Assembly: GCA_965230915.1 (NCBI GenBank)
Contig: OZ246395.1
Span: 140,019-204,018 of the forward strand
Direction: 5' to 3'
Source: an uncultured Candidatus Saccharibacteria bacterium
GTDB taxonomy: Bacteria; Patescibacteriota; WWE3; 2-01-FULL-39-13
Length of the DNA stretch: 64,000 nt
A program made the translations under genes and the position numbers. Each line of letters starts with the position of its first letter. Position 1 is the stretch's first letter. Positions 8,495-18,107 of the stretch are shown in pieces. The notes beneath the pieces were generated by a model, which did not search any database, was not told the origin of the DNA, and worked only from the letters and a program-made list of their open reading frames with translations.

Positions 8495-10804
8495 TTGGAC
8501 AATCTTTACATGCAATCAATACTCGATAATCCCACCCAAATCGAGGCGAGCGCGCCAAGGCCGAGTAACTTTGGAGCAGTCGCCCAGCAAGTCAATTGGT
8601 TGGCAATCATAGAAAACCTTTTCTGTGGTTTGCTACTTCTTCTTCCGGTTTTCTTTCTACCCATCACGGCAGATCCACTAAACCTAAATAAGACCTACTT
8701 AACAGTATTTGTAGCCTTATTAGCTTTAGTACTTTTCTTTGCAAATGGCGTACAGAAGGGGAAGATAAGCTTTTATAATATCCAATCACACTTGGGATTA
8801 TCAATCTTAGCTTTAGCCGCTATCGCCTCTGTAATTTTTTCAATCAACAGAGACAACTCGATCTTCGGACACTTTGGTAATTATTCGGATTCATTAATCT
8901 ACATAATCGCTATTTTTATCCTTGGATTTGTTGCTGCGAATGTAAGACTAAGCACACAGAAACTATTAAAATTCTTTATTTTGGGAACATCAATCTCAAC
9001 TGTAGTTTCTCTATTAGTTTTATATGGAGTTGCTTTACCTGGAATAGGGGCACTTCCTAGAGTATTTTCACTCGCAGGATCGGTCTACATTTTAATGGGA
9101 CTTCAAATAATTGCTGTTTTGGTTTCAGTATTTATGTTACTGAACATTACTTCAATGAAAGGAAAACTATTCTACACATCAGTATTGGTAGTTAATGGTT
9201 TATACCTAGTAGCCATGCTTAACCCAATGGCTATGGTTGTTCTAGGTGCAGGCCTTTTGGTTTTGTTCTTATACGTTCACAAATCAATTCCAGCTTCCAG
9301 TAGAACATTATTCATTGGAATTTTAATTGCATTAGCTGTATTAGGGTTTGTTCATCATTATCCGATGACAAGAAATGCATTAGGTCTAGATCAGATGAAC
9401 ACACAACCAAGACTCTCATTAAGAGAATCATGGATTATCACAGCTGAAACTTTAAGAGATAGACCAATTACCGGATCAGGCATTGGAACATTCGTAAATA
9501 TGTTTAGCATCTACAGACCAGCTTCATTAAACATGAGCGAAAACTGGGAAGCTAGATTCGAATCTCCATATAGCGATCTTCTTCTTTGGATGGGAGGAGC
9601 AGGTTTAGTAGGACTTTTGGCTTACTTAATTTTCGTAGTTTGGTCATTAATAACTGTTAAATCACTTGGTAAAGAAGATGATGCATCAAGACTTCTAACA
9701 ATAGTTATTCCAGTAGTTTTATTATCTTTAATACTATTAGGAAATAACCCAGTGCTTTACGCATTACTTTTCGTAGTACTTGGAGTTGCAATGCATAAAA
9801 CCAGTAGAAGATCATTTACTGTAAGTTCTATCCCAGTTCTTTCAGTATTCGTATTAATCGGACTCGTAATGCTTGCATACTCAATGTACAACGCATACAG
9901 AGTTTATGCTGGCCAATACTTCTTTAGAGAAAGTTTGACCAAAGATAATCTTGGAGAAAGATTCCAGCTACAGGCATCTGCCATAAATGCTGACCCAATG
10001 GAAAGCGTTTACCAGAGATCATATATCTCAACCGGAGTTGCTATCGCTAGTGTACTAGCACAGAAACAAGATTTAACCGATCAGGAAAAACAGGAAATCG
10101 TTAACATTCTTTCACAGTCATTCAATAACGTAAGATATGTTACAGAAAGCTTTGAACCAATTAATGTAGCGAACTGGTCACTAAGAGGAGACCTTTACGC
10201 ATCAGTTATGGATTTAGCACAAGGTGCTGATCAATTATCAGTAGTTGCTTACAGAAATGCTCTTCAATTAGAGCCAACAAATCCAAATCTTTGGATCAAC
10301 TTAGGTTCTGTTTACTACAGAAGACAAGTATACGGAGAAGCAGTAAGCGCATTCTTGCAGGCTGTTCAATTAAAGCCTGACTATGCAAATGCCAGATACA
10401 ACTTGGCATACGCATTAAAAGATGCAGGCTATTTAGCAGATGCTGCTACTCAAATGGAAGTTGCATTAAGATTGGTTCCAGAAGGAACACCAGATCATGA
10501 AAAAGCTTCAAAAGATTTAGAAGAATTCAAGAAGCTTGCTGATGAAGCCGCAAAGAAAGCTGCTGCACAACAAAGCGCAGAGGGCGTAGATAAATTAAAC
10601 AATGAACCAGTCGCGCCACAGCCTTCAACAGAGCCATTAGTTGCTCCTGAAGACAGACCAAGTCCACAGGTTCAATCAGGTGACGCAGAAGTACAAAGTG
10701 GAGTAGAAGAAAAGATTAAAGCTGAAACAGTTCAACCAGCTGACGGATCAGAGATTCCAGAAGGCGGAACAGAAGCTCCAATAGCTAATCCACAAGGTGA
10801 ATAA
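8495..10804 (+). CDS. polytopic membrane protein with an O-antigen-ligase-like (Wzy_C) core and C-terminal TPR repeats plus a Pro/Gln/Glu-rich tail
   Basis: More than 10 predicted TM helices. TPR-like segment NALQLEPTNPNLWINLGSVYYRRQVYGEAVSAFLQAVQLKPDYANARYNLAYAL. Low-complexity tail PVAPQPSTEPLVAPEDRPSPQVQ. Confidence 0.55.
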   Translation: MDNLYMQSILDNPTQIEASAPRPSNFGAVAQQVNWLAIIENLFCGLLLLLPVFFLPITADPLNLNKTYLTVFVALLALVLFFANGVQKGKISFYNIQSHLGLSILALAAIASVIFSINRDNSIFGHFGNYSDSLIYIIAIFILGFVAANVRLSTQKLLKFFILGTSISTVVSLLVLYGVALPGIGALPRVFSLAGSVYILMGLQIIAVLVSVFMLLNITSMKGKLFYTSVLVVNGLYLVAMLNPMAMVVLGAGLLVLFLYVHKSIPASSRTLFIGILIALAVLGFVHHYPMTRNALGLDQMNTQPRLSLRESWIITAETLRDRPITGSGIGTFVNMFSIYRPASLNMSENWEARFESPYSDLLLWMGGAGLVGLLAYLIFVVWSLITVKSLGKEDDASRLLTIVIPVVLLSLILLGNNPVLYALLFVVLGVAMHKTSRRSFTVSSIPVLSVFVLIGLVMLAYSMYNAYRVYAGQYFFRESLTKDNLGERFQLQASAINADPMESVYQRSYISTGVAIASVLAQKQDLTDQEKQEIVNILSQSFNNVRYVTESFEPINVANWSLRGDLYASVMDLAQGADQLSVVAYRNALQLEPTNPNLWINLGSVYYRRQVYGEAVSAFLQAVQLKPDYANARYNLAYALKDAGYLADAATQMEVALRLVPEGTPDHEKASKDLEEFKKLADEAAKKAAAQQSAEGVDKLNNEPVAPQPSTEPLVAPEDRPSPQVQSGDAEVQSGVEEKIKAETVQPADGSEIPEGGTEAPIANPQGE

Positions 10805-10824
10805 AGTTCACTTGCGATAAGCAG

Positions 10825-10854
10825 AAAAAGGCTCCCGAAAGGGAGCTTTTTTTG
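10825..10854. terminator. bidirectional rho-independent terminator (stem GGCTCCC-GAAA-GGGAGC flanked by an A-run and a T-run)
   Basis: aaaaaGGCTCCCgaaaGGGAGCttttttt lies between the convergent genes at 8495-10804 (+) and obg (-). Confidence 0.8.
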
Positions 10855-10876
10855 TATTAAAAGTTAGATTTCAAAA

Positions 10877-12094
10877 TTAAAAGACTAACCGTGAAGGATG
10901 AATATCGTTATTATTAAACATATTCTGAGATTTCTTAAAAACAATCCGCTTGTTAGGTAAGTTGTTGATATCAAATTTATTGTTCTGTTCTTGAACCTCG
11001 ATAACAATTTTCTCAGCTTCTTTTTCGTGTTTAGATATAACAGCTGCGACTTGCTTTAATAATTCTTTTGTTCCTTCAGAAGTTGCGGCAGAAACAAATA
11101 GTAAATCTATTGAATATTTTTTCTTGAATAATTTTTCAATTTCATTTTGTTTTTCCCTAACTTCGGTGATGTCAATTTTATTTACAACGACTATTTGAGG
11201 TTTTGTACTTAGTTTAGAAATAGTAGGGTCAACTTTTCCGGTGCCATCTAGTCGAATGGCAATTTCTTCATCCCATTTTAATAATTCGTTTTGGATAACT
11301 TCATATTGTTTTGATAATTCTTCTACAGTAAAAAGATTAACGGCATTTCCATCGAGTAGGTGAATTAGAACTTTTGTTCTTTCGATATGTCTTAAGAAAT
11401 CATGGCCGAGACCTTTTCCGTCGGCAGCACCTTCGATGATTCCGGGAATGTCTGCAAGAATGATATCGTCGTAACCTTCGCCCAGCAATTCTGATGTGCG
11501 TACGACTCCTATATTCGGTTCTAAGGTCGTGAAATGATATTCAGCAGTTTTCACCTCGGTTCGTGCCAATGAGTTGAGTAGTGTCGATTTACCGCTGCTA
11601 GGAAGGCCGATTATTCCCGCGTCAGCGATTAATTTTAATTCTAAAGATAAAATCATTGGCTCTATCTTTTTTCCGTCCGTTGCTTTCATTGGAGTTCGGT
11701 TTACAGATGATTTAAAGTGCCAGTTCCCAAGTCCTCCACGTCCGCCTTCTTGAATTAATATTGTTTCGCCTTTTTCAGTAAGGTCATATAAAACATTTCC
11801 AGTTTGATCGCGAACAATTGTTCCTACCGGAACTTTTATTATTAAGTCTTCACCATTTTTATTTTGACCACGATTTCTCATACCTGGTAAACCTTTTCCA
11901 GCTTCGAATTTTCTCGCTTGTTTGAAGTCTGATAGGGTATTAAGGTTCGGATCAACGTAAAAGTAGATGCTTCCACCTTTTGAGCCATCTCCGCCCCATG
12001 GTCCGCCTCGAGGGATGTATTTTTCGCGTCTAAAGGATACGATACCGTCTCCACCGTTTCCTGCTTTTATTTGAATAGTTGCTGTATCTGTCAT
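10877..12094 (-). CDS. obg: GTPase Obg/CgtA
   Basis: Obg-fold N-terminus with glycine-rich repeats (IKAGNGGDGIVSFRREKYIPRGGPWGGDGSKGGSIYF). G1 motif GLPSSGKSTLL. DxxG motif present. Probable start at Met 12094 (MTDTATIQIKAG); the ORF track extends to 12118. Confidence 0.9.
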   Translation of the reverse strand: MTDTATIQIKAGNGGDGIVSFRREKYIPRGGPWGGDGSKGGSIYFYVDPNLNTLSDFKQARKFEAGKGLPGMRNRGQNKNGEDLIIKVPVGTIVRDQTGNVLYDLTEKGETILIQEGGRGGLGNWHFKSSVNRTPMKATDGKKIEPMILSLELKLIADAGIIGLPSSGKSTLLNSLARTEVKTAEYHFTTLEPNIGVVRTSELLGEGYDDIILADIPGIIEGAADGKGLGHDFLRHIERTKVLIHLLDGNAVNLFTVEELSKQYEVIQNELLKWDEEIAIRLDGTGKVDPTISKLSTKPQIVVVNKIDITEVREKQNEIEKLFKKKYSIDLLFVSAATSEGTKELLKQVAAVISKHEKEAEKIVIEVQEQNNKFDINNLPNKRIVFKKSQNMFNNNDIHPSRLVF

Positions 12095-12224
12095 GTCGAA
12101 TAGATTATACAGTAACAATGGCGCGCATCCTATAGTTTTGACATTTAGCGAGGATTTGGTATTATGTTTGCCAGTTCAAGCGGCCTTCGTTTGACTAATC
12201 GCACACTAAAGAAGAGAGACTGAA

Positions 12225-12722
12225 ATGAATCGCCGGCTTAATATTGTTATGGTTACGGTGCTTTTGATTCTTGGCTTATCTGGATGTGTAGGGGGAAATA
12301 CCTATCAGACTGAACTGCCGATCCGTGTTACCAGCTCGATCGAAGAGGAGACGTGCTTTCTTTTGGGGCAGGACTTTTCGATCACGATGACCATCGATGC
12401 TCCGCCAGACTGGAACGATATCAATCGAACCAGTTCGCAAGAGATCAAATTTCGCCTGCAGGTTATGGGGCCAGACACAGATTCTGTGGTGTTTCTAAAT
12501 CTAACCCAGCAGCGAGTGTTCGTGCTAAAACCGGGTGAAATGGCGATGACGGACATCGAAATTACGGTCTCACTAGAAAATGGCGACCGGGTCACGTATG
12601 CCTTGAATGACTTTCCGTTCTTCAAGTACACGCGGCGTGACGGTATTAGCCACTTTTGTGTTCAGCTACCTGGTGAGGAAGACCTAAAGGACAAGAAGTC
12701 TCTTCCGATGTTACAGGCCTGA
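12225..12722 (+). CDS. hypothetical lipoprotein (signal peptide with lipobox LSGC) in a GC-elevated segment
   Basis: MNRRLNIVMVTVLLILGLSGC is a classic SPase II lipobox. About 49% GC against ~37% in the flanks. Ends with TGA. Confidence 0.55.
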   Translation: MNRRLNIVMVTVLLILGLSGCVGGNTYQTELPIRVTSSIEEETCFLLGQDFSITMTIDAPPDWNDINRTSSQEIKFRLQVMGPDTDSVVFLNLTQQRVFVLKPGEMAMTDIEITVSLENGDRVTYALNDFPFFKYTRRDGISHFCVQLPGEEDLKDKKSLPMLQA

Positions 12723-12727
12723 CGCTC

Positions 12728-12796
12728 GCGGCGACACATGTATGTGGGGTGTTTTACCTACAGTTTTACCCAACATGTGTCGCCGCTTTTGTTTTT
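12728..12796 (+). terminator. long perfect hairpin (GCGGCGACACATGT...ACATGTGTCGCCGC) followed by TTTTGTTTTT
   Basis: 14-bp perfect inverted repeat with a ~31-nt loop and a T-run, immediately downstream of the lipoprotein ORF. Confidence 0.65.
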
Positions 12797-12843
12797 CTCC
12801 TTCTAGGCTGCAAAAATCCCTTCCATTCTGCTAAAATTAGCCC

Positions 12844-15189
12844 ATGACTTCCGCATACGACCATAAATCTATCGAAGAAAAACGTTTAAAAATTTGGGAA
12901 GATTCCAAATTATTTCAAAAAACATACGACGATCCAGAAGTTTCTCAGGAAAATAAATTGTACTTATTGTTTGCATTCGCTTACCCATCAGGGGAGGGAT
13001 TGCACGTGGGACACGTCGAATCCAAAACGGCCTTAGACATTTTAGCCAGATATAACAGAATGAATGGTAAAAAAGTTTTCTTTCCGGTAGGATGGGACGC
13101 TTTTGGTCTACCTGCCGAAAACTATGCTGTAAAAACTGGAGTTCCTCCAGCAGAAACTACTAAAAAAGCTATCGAAACTTTTACAAGACAGATTAAAAGA
13201 GTCGGAATTTCTTATGACTGGGAAACTGAAGTTACAACTTCTCAGCCTGATTATTACAAATGGACTCAATGGTTATTCTTAGAATTATATAAAGCAGGCA
13301 AAGCATATCGTGGAAGCGCTCACGTTAATTGGTGCCCAAAAGACCAGACAGTTTTGGCAAACGAGCAAGTTGTAGATGGAAAGTGCGAGCGTTGCGGAAC
13401 CGAAGTTGTACAAAAAGAAATGGTCCAGTGGCAATACAAGATTACAGATTACAAAGACGAATTGATTTCCGGTTTAGATAAAGTTGATTGGCCTTATTTC
13501 ACAAAGAAGCGCCAGATCGATTGGATAGGTAAATCAGAAGGTGCTGAAATAGATTTTGAAGTTGAGAATGATGATAAAAAGATTACTGTATTCACAACTC
13601 GTCCAGATACAATAATGGGAGTCACATTCATGGTTTTAGCTCCAGAACACCCAATGGTTTCAGAGTTATGGACTGCTGATTACGAATCCGCTATTCGAGA
13701 TTATCAAAAGAAAGCTCAAACCAAATCAGAAGAAGAACGCCAGATTAATAAAGATAAAACAGGAGTTTTCACAGGCTCGTATGTAATAAATCCAATGAGT
13801 GGCAAAAAAGTTCCAGTCTGGATTTCAGATTACGTTTTAATGGGATATGGAACTGGCGCTATTATGGCGGTTCCAGGTCATGATGAACGCGACGAAGCTT
13901 TTGCTAAAGCTCACAATATCGAAATTATTAAATTGGAATTAGACGGATTAAACGGTGTTGCTCCAATGATAAAGCAGTTAGAAGAGAAGAAAGTTGGTCG
14001 CGCAAAAACCACATATCGATTGCGCGATTGGTTAGTTTCTCGCCAAAGATATTGGGGAGCTCCAATTCCTATTGTTTATGATCCAGAAGGAAATCCACAT
14101 ATGGTGAAAGAAGAGCATTTGCCTTGGGTATTGCCAACAGATGTCGACTTTTTACCAACCGGAGAATCTCCATTAACAACTTCAAAAGAATTTAAAGAAC
14201 GCGTAGAAAAGTTATACGGCGAAGGATGGAGGCCGGAATACGATACGATGGATACTTTTGTTGATTCATCGTGGTACTTTTTGCGCCAGACAGATCCGAA
14301 AAATGAAAATGCGTTTGCTTCAAAAGAGCAGATGGCAAAATTATTGCCTGTAGATTTTTACATGATTGGTCCGGAACACACTGTTTTGCATTTATTATAT
14401 TCAAGATTCTTTACTAAGTTTTTACGTGATCAAGGCTACGTAAACTTTGATGAACCATTCATGGGAATGCGCCACCAAGGAATGATTTTAGGTCCGGACA
14501 ATCGAAAGATGAGTAAGAGCAAAGGAAATGTAATAAATCCAGATGAAATCGTCGAATCACATGGAGCCGACACATTGCGCGTATACGAAATGTTCATGGG
14601 TCCAATCGACGCCGACAAGCCTTGGGATACAAATGGTGTAGCCGGAGTTCGCCGCTTTTTAGCCAGGATCTGGAATTTAGCTAACGACGCCGCAAAATCA
14701 AAAGCAGAAAAATCAACCGAAGAATTGCAAAGACTTTTACACAAATCCATTAAGAAAGCGACTGAAGATATTCCGACATTAAAATTTAATACTGCGATTT
14801 CTCAATTAATGATTTTTGTTAATGAATGGGAAAAGAGTGGGGCAGCTTTATCAGCCGAAGATACAATGGCCTTTTTGAAAGTGTTAGCGCCATTTGCTCC
14901 ATTTATTGCCGATGAATTATACGCATTGAATGGTGGAAAGGAATCGACAATCCATTTAGAAAATTGGGCAAAATATAGCGAAGAATTGGCAAAAGATAGT
15001 AAGGTAACAATTGTTGTTCAGGTTAACGGGAAGTTGCGCGGCAATTTAGAAAACATCGACGCAGGTTTAGCAGAAGGTGAAGTTACTGAAATGGCAAAAG
15101 ACATCGTTGCTAAATTCTTAGAAGGGCAAGAAATTATAAAAACAATTTATGTTCCGCAAAGAATCGTTAATTTCGTGGTGAAAGGTTAG
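12844..15189 (+). CDS. leuS: leucyl-tRNA synthetase (compact, 781 aa)
   Basis: Class I HIGH-type motif region (HVGHVESKTALDILARY), KMSKS (NRKMSKSKGNV), and the LeuRS-specific CP/zinc region (CERCGTEVVQKE). Roughly 80 aa shorter than typical bacterial LeuRS. Confidence 0.92.
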   Translation: MTSAYDHKSIEEKRLKIWEDSKLFQKTYDDPEVSQENKLYLLFAFAYPSGEGLHVGHVESKTALDILARYNRMNGKKVFFPVGWDAFGLPAENYAVKTGVPPAETTKKAIETFTRQIKRVGISYDWETEVTTSQPDYYKWTQWLFLELYKAGKAYRGSAHVNWCPKDQTVLANEQVVDGKCERCGTEVVQKEMVQWQYKITDYKDELISGLDKVDWPYFTKKRQIDWIGKSEGAEIDFEVENDDKKITVFTTRPDTIMGVTFMVLAPEHPMVSELWTADYESAIRDYQKKAQTKSEEERQINKDKTGVFTGSYVINPMSGKKVPVWISDYVLMGYGTGAIMAVPGHDERDEAFAKAHNIEIIKLELDGLNGVAPMIKQLEEKKVGRAKTTYRLRDWLVSRQRYWGAPIPIVYDPEGNPHMVKEEHLPWVLPTDVDFLPTGESPLTTSKEFKERVEKLYGEGWRPEYDTMDTFVDSSWYFLRQTDPKNENAFASKEQMAKLLPVDFYMIGPEHTVLHLLYSRFFTKFLRDQGYVNFDEPFMGMRHQGMILGPDNRKMSKSKGNVINPDEIVESHGADTLRVYEMFMGPIDADKPWDTNGVAGVRRFLARIWNLANDAAKSKAEKSTEELQRLLHKSIKKATEDIPTLKFNTAISQLMIFVNEWEKSGAALSAEDTMAFLKVLAPFAPFIADELYALNGGKESTIHLENWAKYSEELAKDSKVTIVVQVNGKLRGNLENIDAGLAEGEVTEMAKDIVAKFLEGQEIIKTIYVPQRIVNFVVKG

Positions 15190-15266
15190 CTTGACCACGG
15201 TTATCCTATAGAAGATAATATTCCCACTCAACGGCGTTTGACTAGCATAGTGAAAGAGAGATCGAA

Positions 15267-15815
15267 ATGCGTATTTTGCCTGGAGTTAAGGCAGTAATTT
15301 TTGCTAACAGTATGGCAACGGCTTATGCTTTTGCTGTGCCGAGTGAAGTTGTGTCGAATGTGCGAACGCTTCAAGAGTTGTATGCAATGTGGAGCGAAAA
15401 GGCGACGGTAGAAGACCCCTTAAGTCCTTTCAAATATTGGAGCGAAAGGCCGGCAACCGAAGATAAGCCTTACGCTTTGATCGCCAAGTATTTCAATGTA
15501 TGGGTTGAAGTTACTGAGAATGAAATTGTATTTTCAATCTTAGGCGGTGATTCTGACAAGGTTTTGGCAAAGATAAGCGTGAAGTTTGAAGGGAAGAAGC
15601 GTGTCACTATTGTTGCTTTGGATATTCCTTCTTTGGAGAAAAGGCACGTGCATATGTATTTGGGTGCGCTTTGGGAAGCTGACCAAAAACTTGGCGGTGT
15701 CATAATGGACAAAATCCAGAGGACTAGCCAAAAGAGCCGTATTCGTTACTTGTTGATAGAACTATATAAGCAATGGGTGATACGCGAAAACGACAGTATC
15801 CGCGAGGCTGCATGA
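15267..15815 (+). CDS. hypothetical protein (182 aa), moderately GC-elevated
   Basis: ORF with no motif I recognise. About 45% GC. Followed by a strong hairpin terminator. Confidence 0.4.
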   Translation: MRILPGVKAVIFANSMATAYAFAVPSEVVSNVRTLQELYAMWSEKATVEDPLSPFKYWSERPATEDKPYALIAKYFNVWVEVTENEIVFSILGGDSDKVLAKISVKFEGKKRVTIVALDIPSLEKRHVHMYLGALWEADQKLGGVIMDKIQRTSQKSRIRYLLIELYKQWVIRENDSIREAA

Positions 15816-15876
15816 CATCGAATTGAAGAAGAGCTTCTGGAATAGGCGGCTCTGAAACTACGTTTCTTGTGTTAAG

Positions 15877-15930
15877 AACAGGTTGAGAGTTATCTCTCGT
15901 TTTTTACTCTCAACCTGTGTTGTTTTTTAT
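15877..15930 (+). terminator. rho-independent terminator (AACAGGTTGAGAGT...ACTCTCAACCTGT followed by a T-run)
   Basis: 13-bp inverted repeat followed by GTTGTTTTTTATTT. Confidence 0.65.
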
Positions 15931-15989
15931 TTATCAGAATTTCACAAGTCGTTAAAAATTTTTTAACTTATCAGTCATAAAATCATCAT

Positions 15990-17183
15990 GTGGAAATTCT
16001 TAAATCGTTAATCCCCTTAATAATAGGATTATTGCTTCTGGTGTTTTTTACACACTTAGCTAGCCAAATTTTTCATAATAAAAGGGAAACTGGAACTGTG
16101 TTTTCCGGAGTGCTGTATGAGCAGCCAGTTACTAATGGTCGATATAAATCAATAAATATAAATAATAAAAGAATTTACTTCAGTCGGTATTCGGCAATAT
16201 CTCAAGGAGACTATGTAAATCTAGATTTTTCTACATGTAAGTACAACAAAAAATTTGATAGCTATGAAAACTGTTTGATTCAAGTTGAACCTGCAAAGGC
16301 GAATCCAGTTTTAAAATTGATACTGAATTTAAGAAGAGTAATAATTTCACACGCACATTATAGGCTGCCAAACCCCCACGATTCTCTGTTATTGGCAATG
16401 ACCATAGGGTATAAAGATGATTTGCCTGATGGCTTATCAGAAAAACTGCGTGATATAGGCGCAATTCATATGTTGGTGGTCTCAGGGTATAACGTTTCTT
16501 TGGTTTTAAACTCGGCCGGGGTGGTGCTAATGAGGTTTCCAAAATCAGTTTATGTAGGGTTAAGCGTGGTTTTGCTGCTGGGTTTTATCTCGATTGCAGG
16601 ATTTGACGCCCCAATTGTAAGATCGGCGATAATGGGTACTTTTATTGTGCTTGGTAAGGCGTACAACCGTCAAAATCTGGCAATTTACTTACTGTTTTTG
16701 TCCGGAATTATTATGGTTGCGTGGAATTTTGGTTATTTGAGTAGTATAAGTTTCCAATTGTCATTCTTTGCAACACTTGGGGTTATAATTTCCGGAAATA
16801 TTTTCAGCTTTAAAAACTCTTTGTTGTCTGATTTGTGCACATCGGTCGGTGCAAGCATTTTTGTTCTTCCAATTTTGTCATTTCATTTTGGAACGGTGAG
16901 TTTTTTAGGAATCATTTCATCGGTTTTGTTGGGTTGGTTGGTTCCACTTATTACTTATTTAGGGGTGCTAATTTTTTTATTTAATATTCCAGCTATAAAT
17001 TTAGGCTTTGTATCTGTAGCAGATCTTTTCTTTGGTTTAACCGATTTCATTTCTAGATTTGCATTCCTAAATTTCGAATATAAATTAGGCTTAAGAGGGA
17101 TAGTTATGTATTATATTTTTGTCTTTGCAATAGTTGCGCTTATTAGCCAATTTAAAGCAAAAACTAACCATGAGCAAATCTAA
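15990..17183 (+). CDS. comEC: ComEC/Rec2 competence membrane channel, N-terminal and competence-domain portion
   Basis: Polytopic membrane protein. LLLAMTIGYKDDLPDGLSEKLRDIGAIHMLVVSGYNVSLV matches the ComEC competence-domain signature (…G.…L…G..HLLAVSGLH…). Confidence 0.75.
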   Translation: MEILKSLIPLIIGLLLLVFFTHLASQIFHNKRETGTVFSGVLYEQPVTNGRYKSININNKRIYFSRYSAISQGDYVNLDFSTCKYNKKFDSYENCLIQVEPAKANPVLKLILNLRRVIISHAHYRLPNPHDSLLLAMTIGYKDDLPDGLSEKLRDIGAIHMLVVSGYNVSLVLNSAGVVLMRFPKSVYVGLSVVLLLGFISIAGFDAPIVRSAIMGTFIVLGKAYNRQNLAIYLLFLSGIIMVAWNFGYLSSISFQLSFFATLGVIISGNIFSFKNSLLSDLCTSVGASIFVLPILSFHFGTVSFLGIISSVLLGWLVPLITYLGVLIFLFNIPAINLGFVSVADLFFGLTDFISRFAFLNFEYKLGLRGIVMYYIFVFAIVALISQFKAKTNHEQI

Positions 17184-18069
17184 ATTACCCCTATATATCG
17201 CATCTTTTCTAATATTCGCGCTGACATTTCTTTTGGTTGAATATCCAAAATTTCATAAGTATAACGACGGTTTGTTACATATATATTTTTTGGATGTTGG
17301 CCAAGGAGATTCTGAATTAATAAAAACTCCATCGAAAAAGCTAATATTGATCGACGGTGGGCCCAAAACAAACCTTGGTGATACCATTTCGGCTGAGCTT
17401 CCATTTAATAAAAACCGCATAGATTTAATAATAATTAGCCATTCACATGCTGACCACATAACTGGATTAATTGATATTTTGGCTAATTATGAAGTCGGTT
17501 GTATGGTCTATGACTGGCAAGATAAATCAGAATCTGAGACTGAAACTGAGTTGAGAAATGAAATTAATCTGCAAAAAATCAAAGTTGTAACAACGGCTGA
17601 TTTAAATAAAAATCAGATTCCATCTAGTTGTTTTAGCGACCCAGACGTTAATTTAAGCATTTATTCTTTAAGAAATATAAATGAATTGACCGAAGATGAA
17701 TTAAAAAATGATCAAAATTTCGAGTCGAATATGGTGCTTTTAGATTACAAAAATTTCGAAACATTGTTTACCGGTGATGCCGAAATTGAAGCACAGGAAA
17801 TATTAATTCAATATTTAACCGATGACATCGAAGTGTTAAAAGCGGCGCATCATGGCTCTTTTAATGGGCTTTATGCTCCATTAATTGATAAATTAAAGCC
17901 GAATTTTTCAGTAATTTCTGCGGGTCAAGGTAATCGTTATGGGCATCCGGATATAGAAACACTCAGCGAATATCAACAAAGTGGCTTAGAATACGCTAGA
18001 ACCGATTTAAATGGCACTGTAGAAGTGAGCTCTAGTGGTGAAACTTGGAAGCACAAAGGGTCCAAATAA
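17134..18069 (+). CDS. comEC: ComEC metallo-beta-lactamase (MBL) domain, encoded as a separate overlapping ORF
   Basis: HIYFLDVGQGDSELI...LILIDGGP...IISHSHADHITGL is the MBL HxHxDH motif of the ComEC C-terminal domain. Overlaps the upstream ORF by 50 nt in another frame. Confidence 0.75.
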   Translation: MRLLANLKQKLTMSKSKLPLYIASFLIFALTFLLVEYPKFHKYNDGLLHIYFLDVGQGDSELIKTPSKKLILIDGGPKTNLGDTISAELPFNKNRIDLIIISHSHADHITGLIDILANYEVGCMVYDWQDKSESETETELRNEINLQKIKVVTTADLNKNQIPSSCFSDPDVNLSIYSLRNINELTEDELKNDQNFESNMVLLDYKNFETLFTGDAEIEAQEILIQYLTDDIEVLKAAHHGSFNGLYAPLIDKLKPNFSVISAGQGNRYGHPDIETLSEYQQSGLEYARTDLNGTVEVSSSGETWKHKGSK

Positions 18070-18107
18070 ACCGCGTAATAGCGCTAATTTTGTAGTAAAA
18101 TGGCTGT

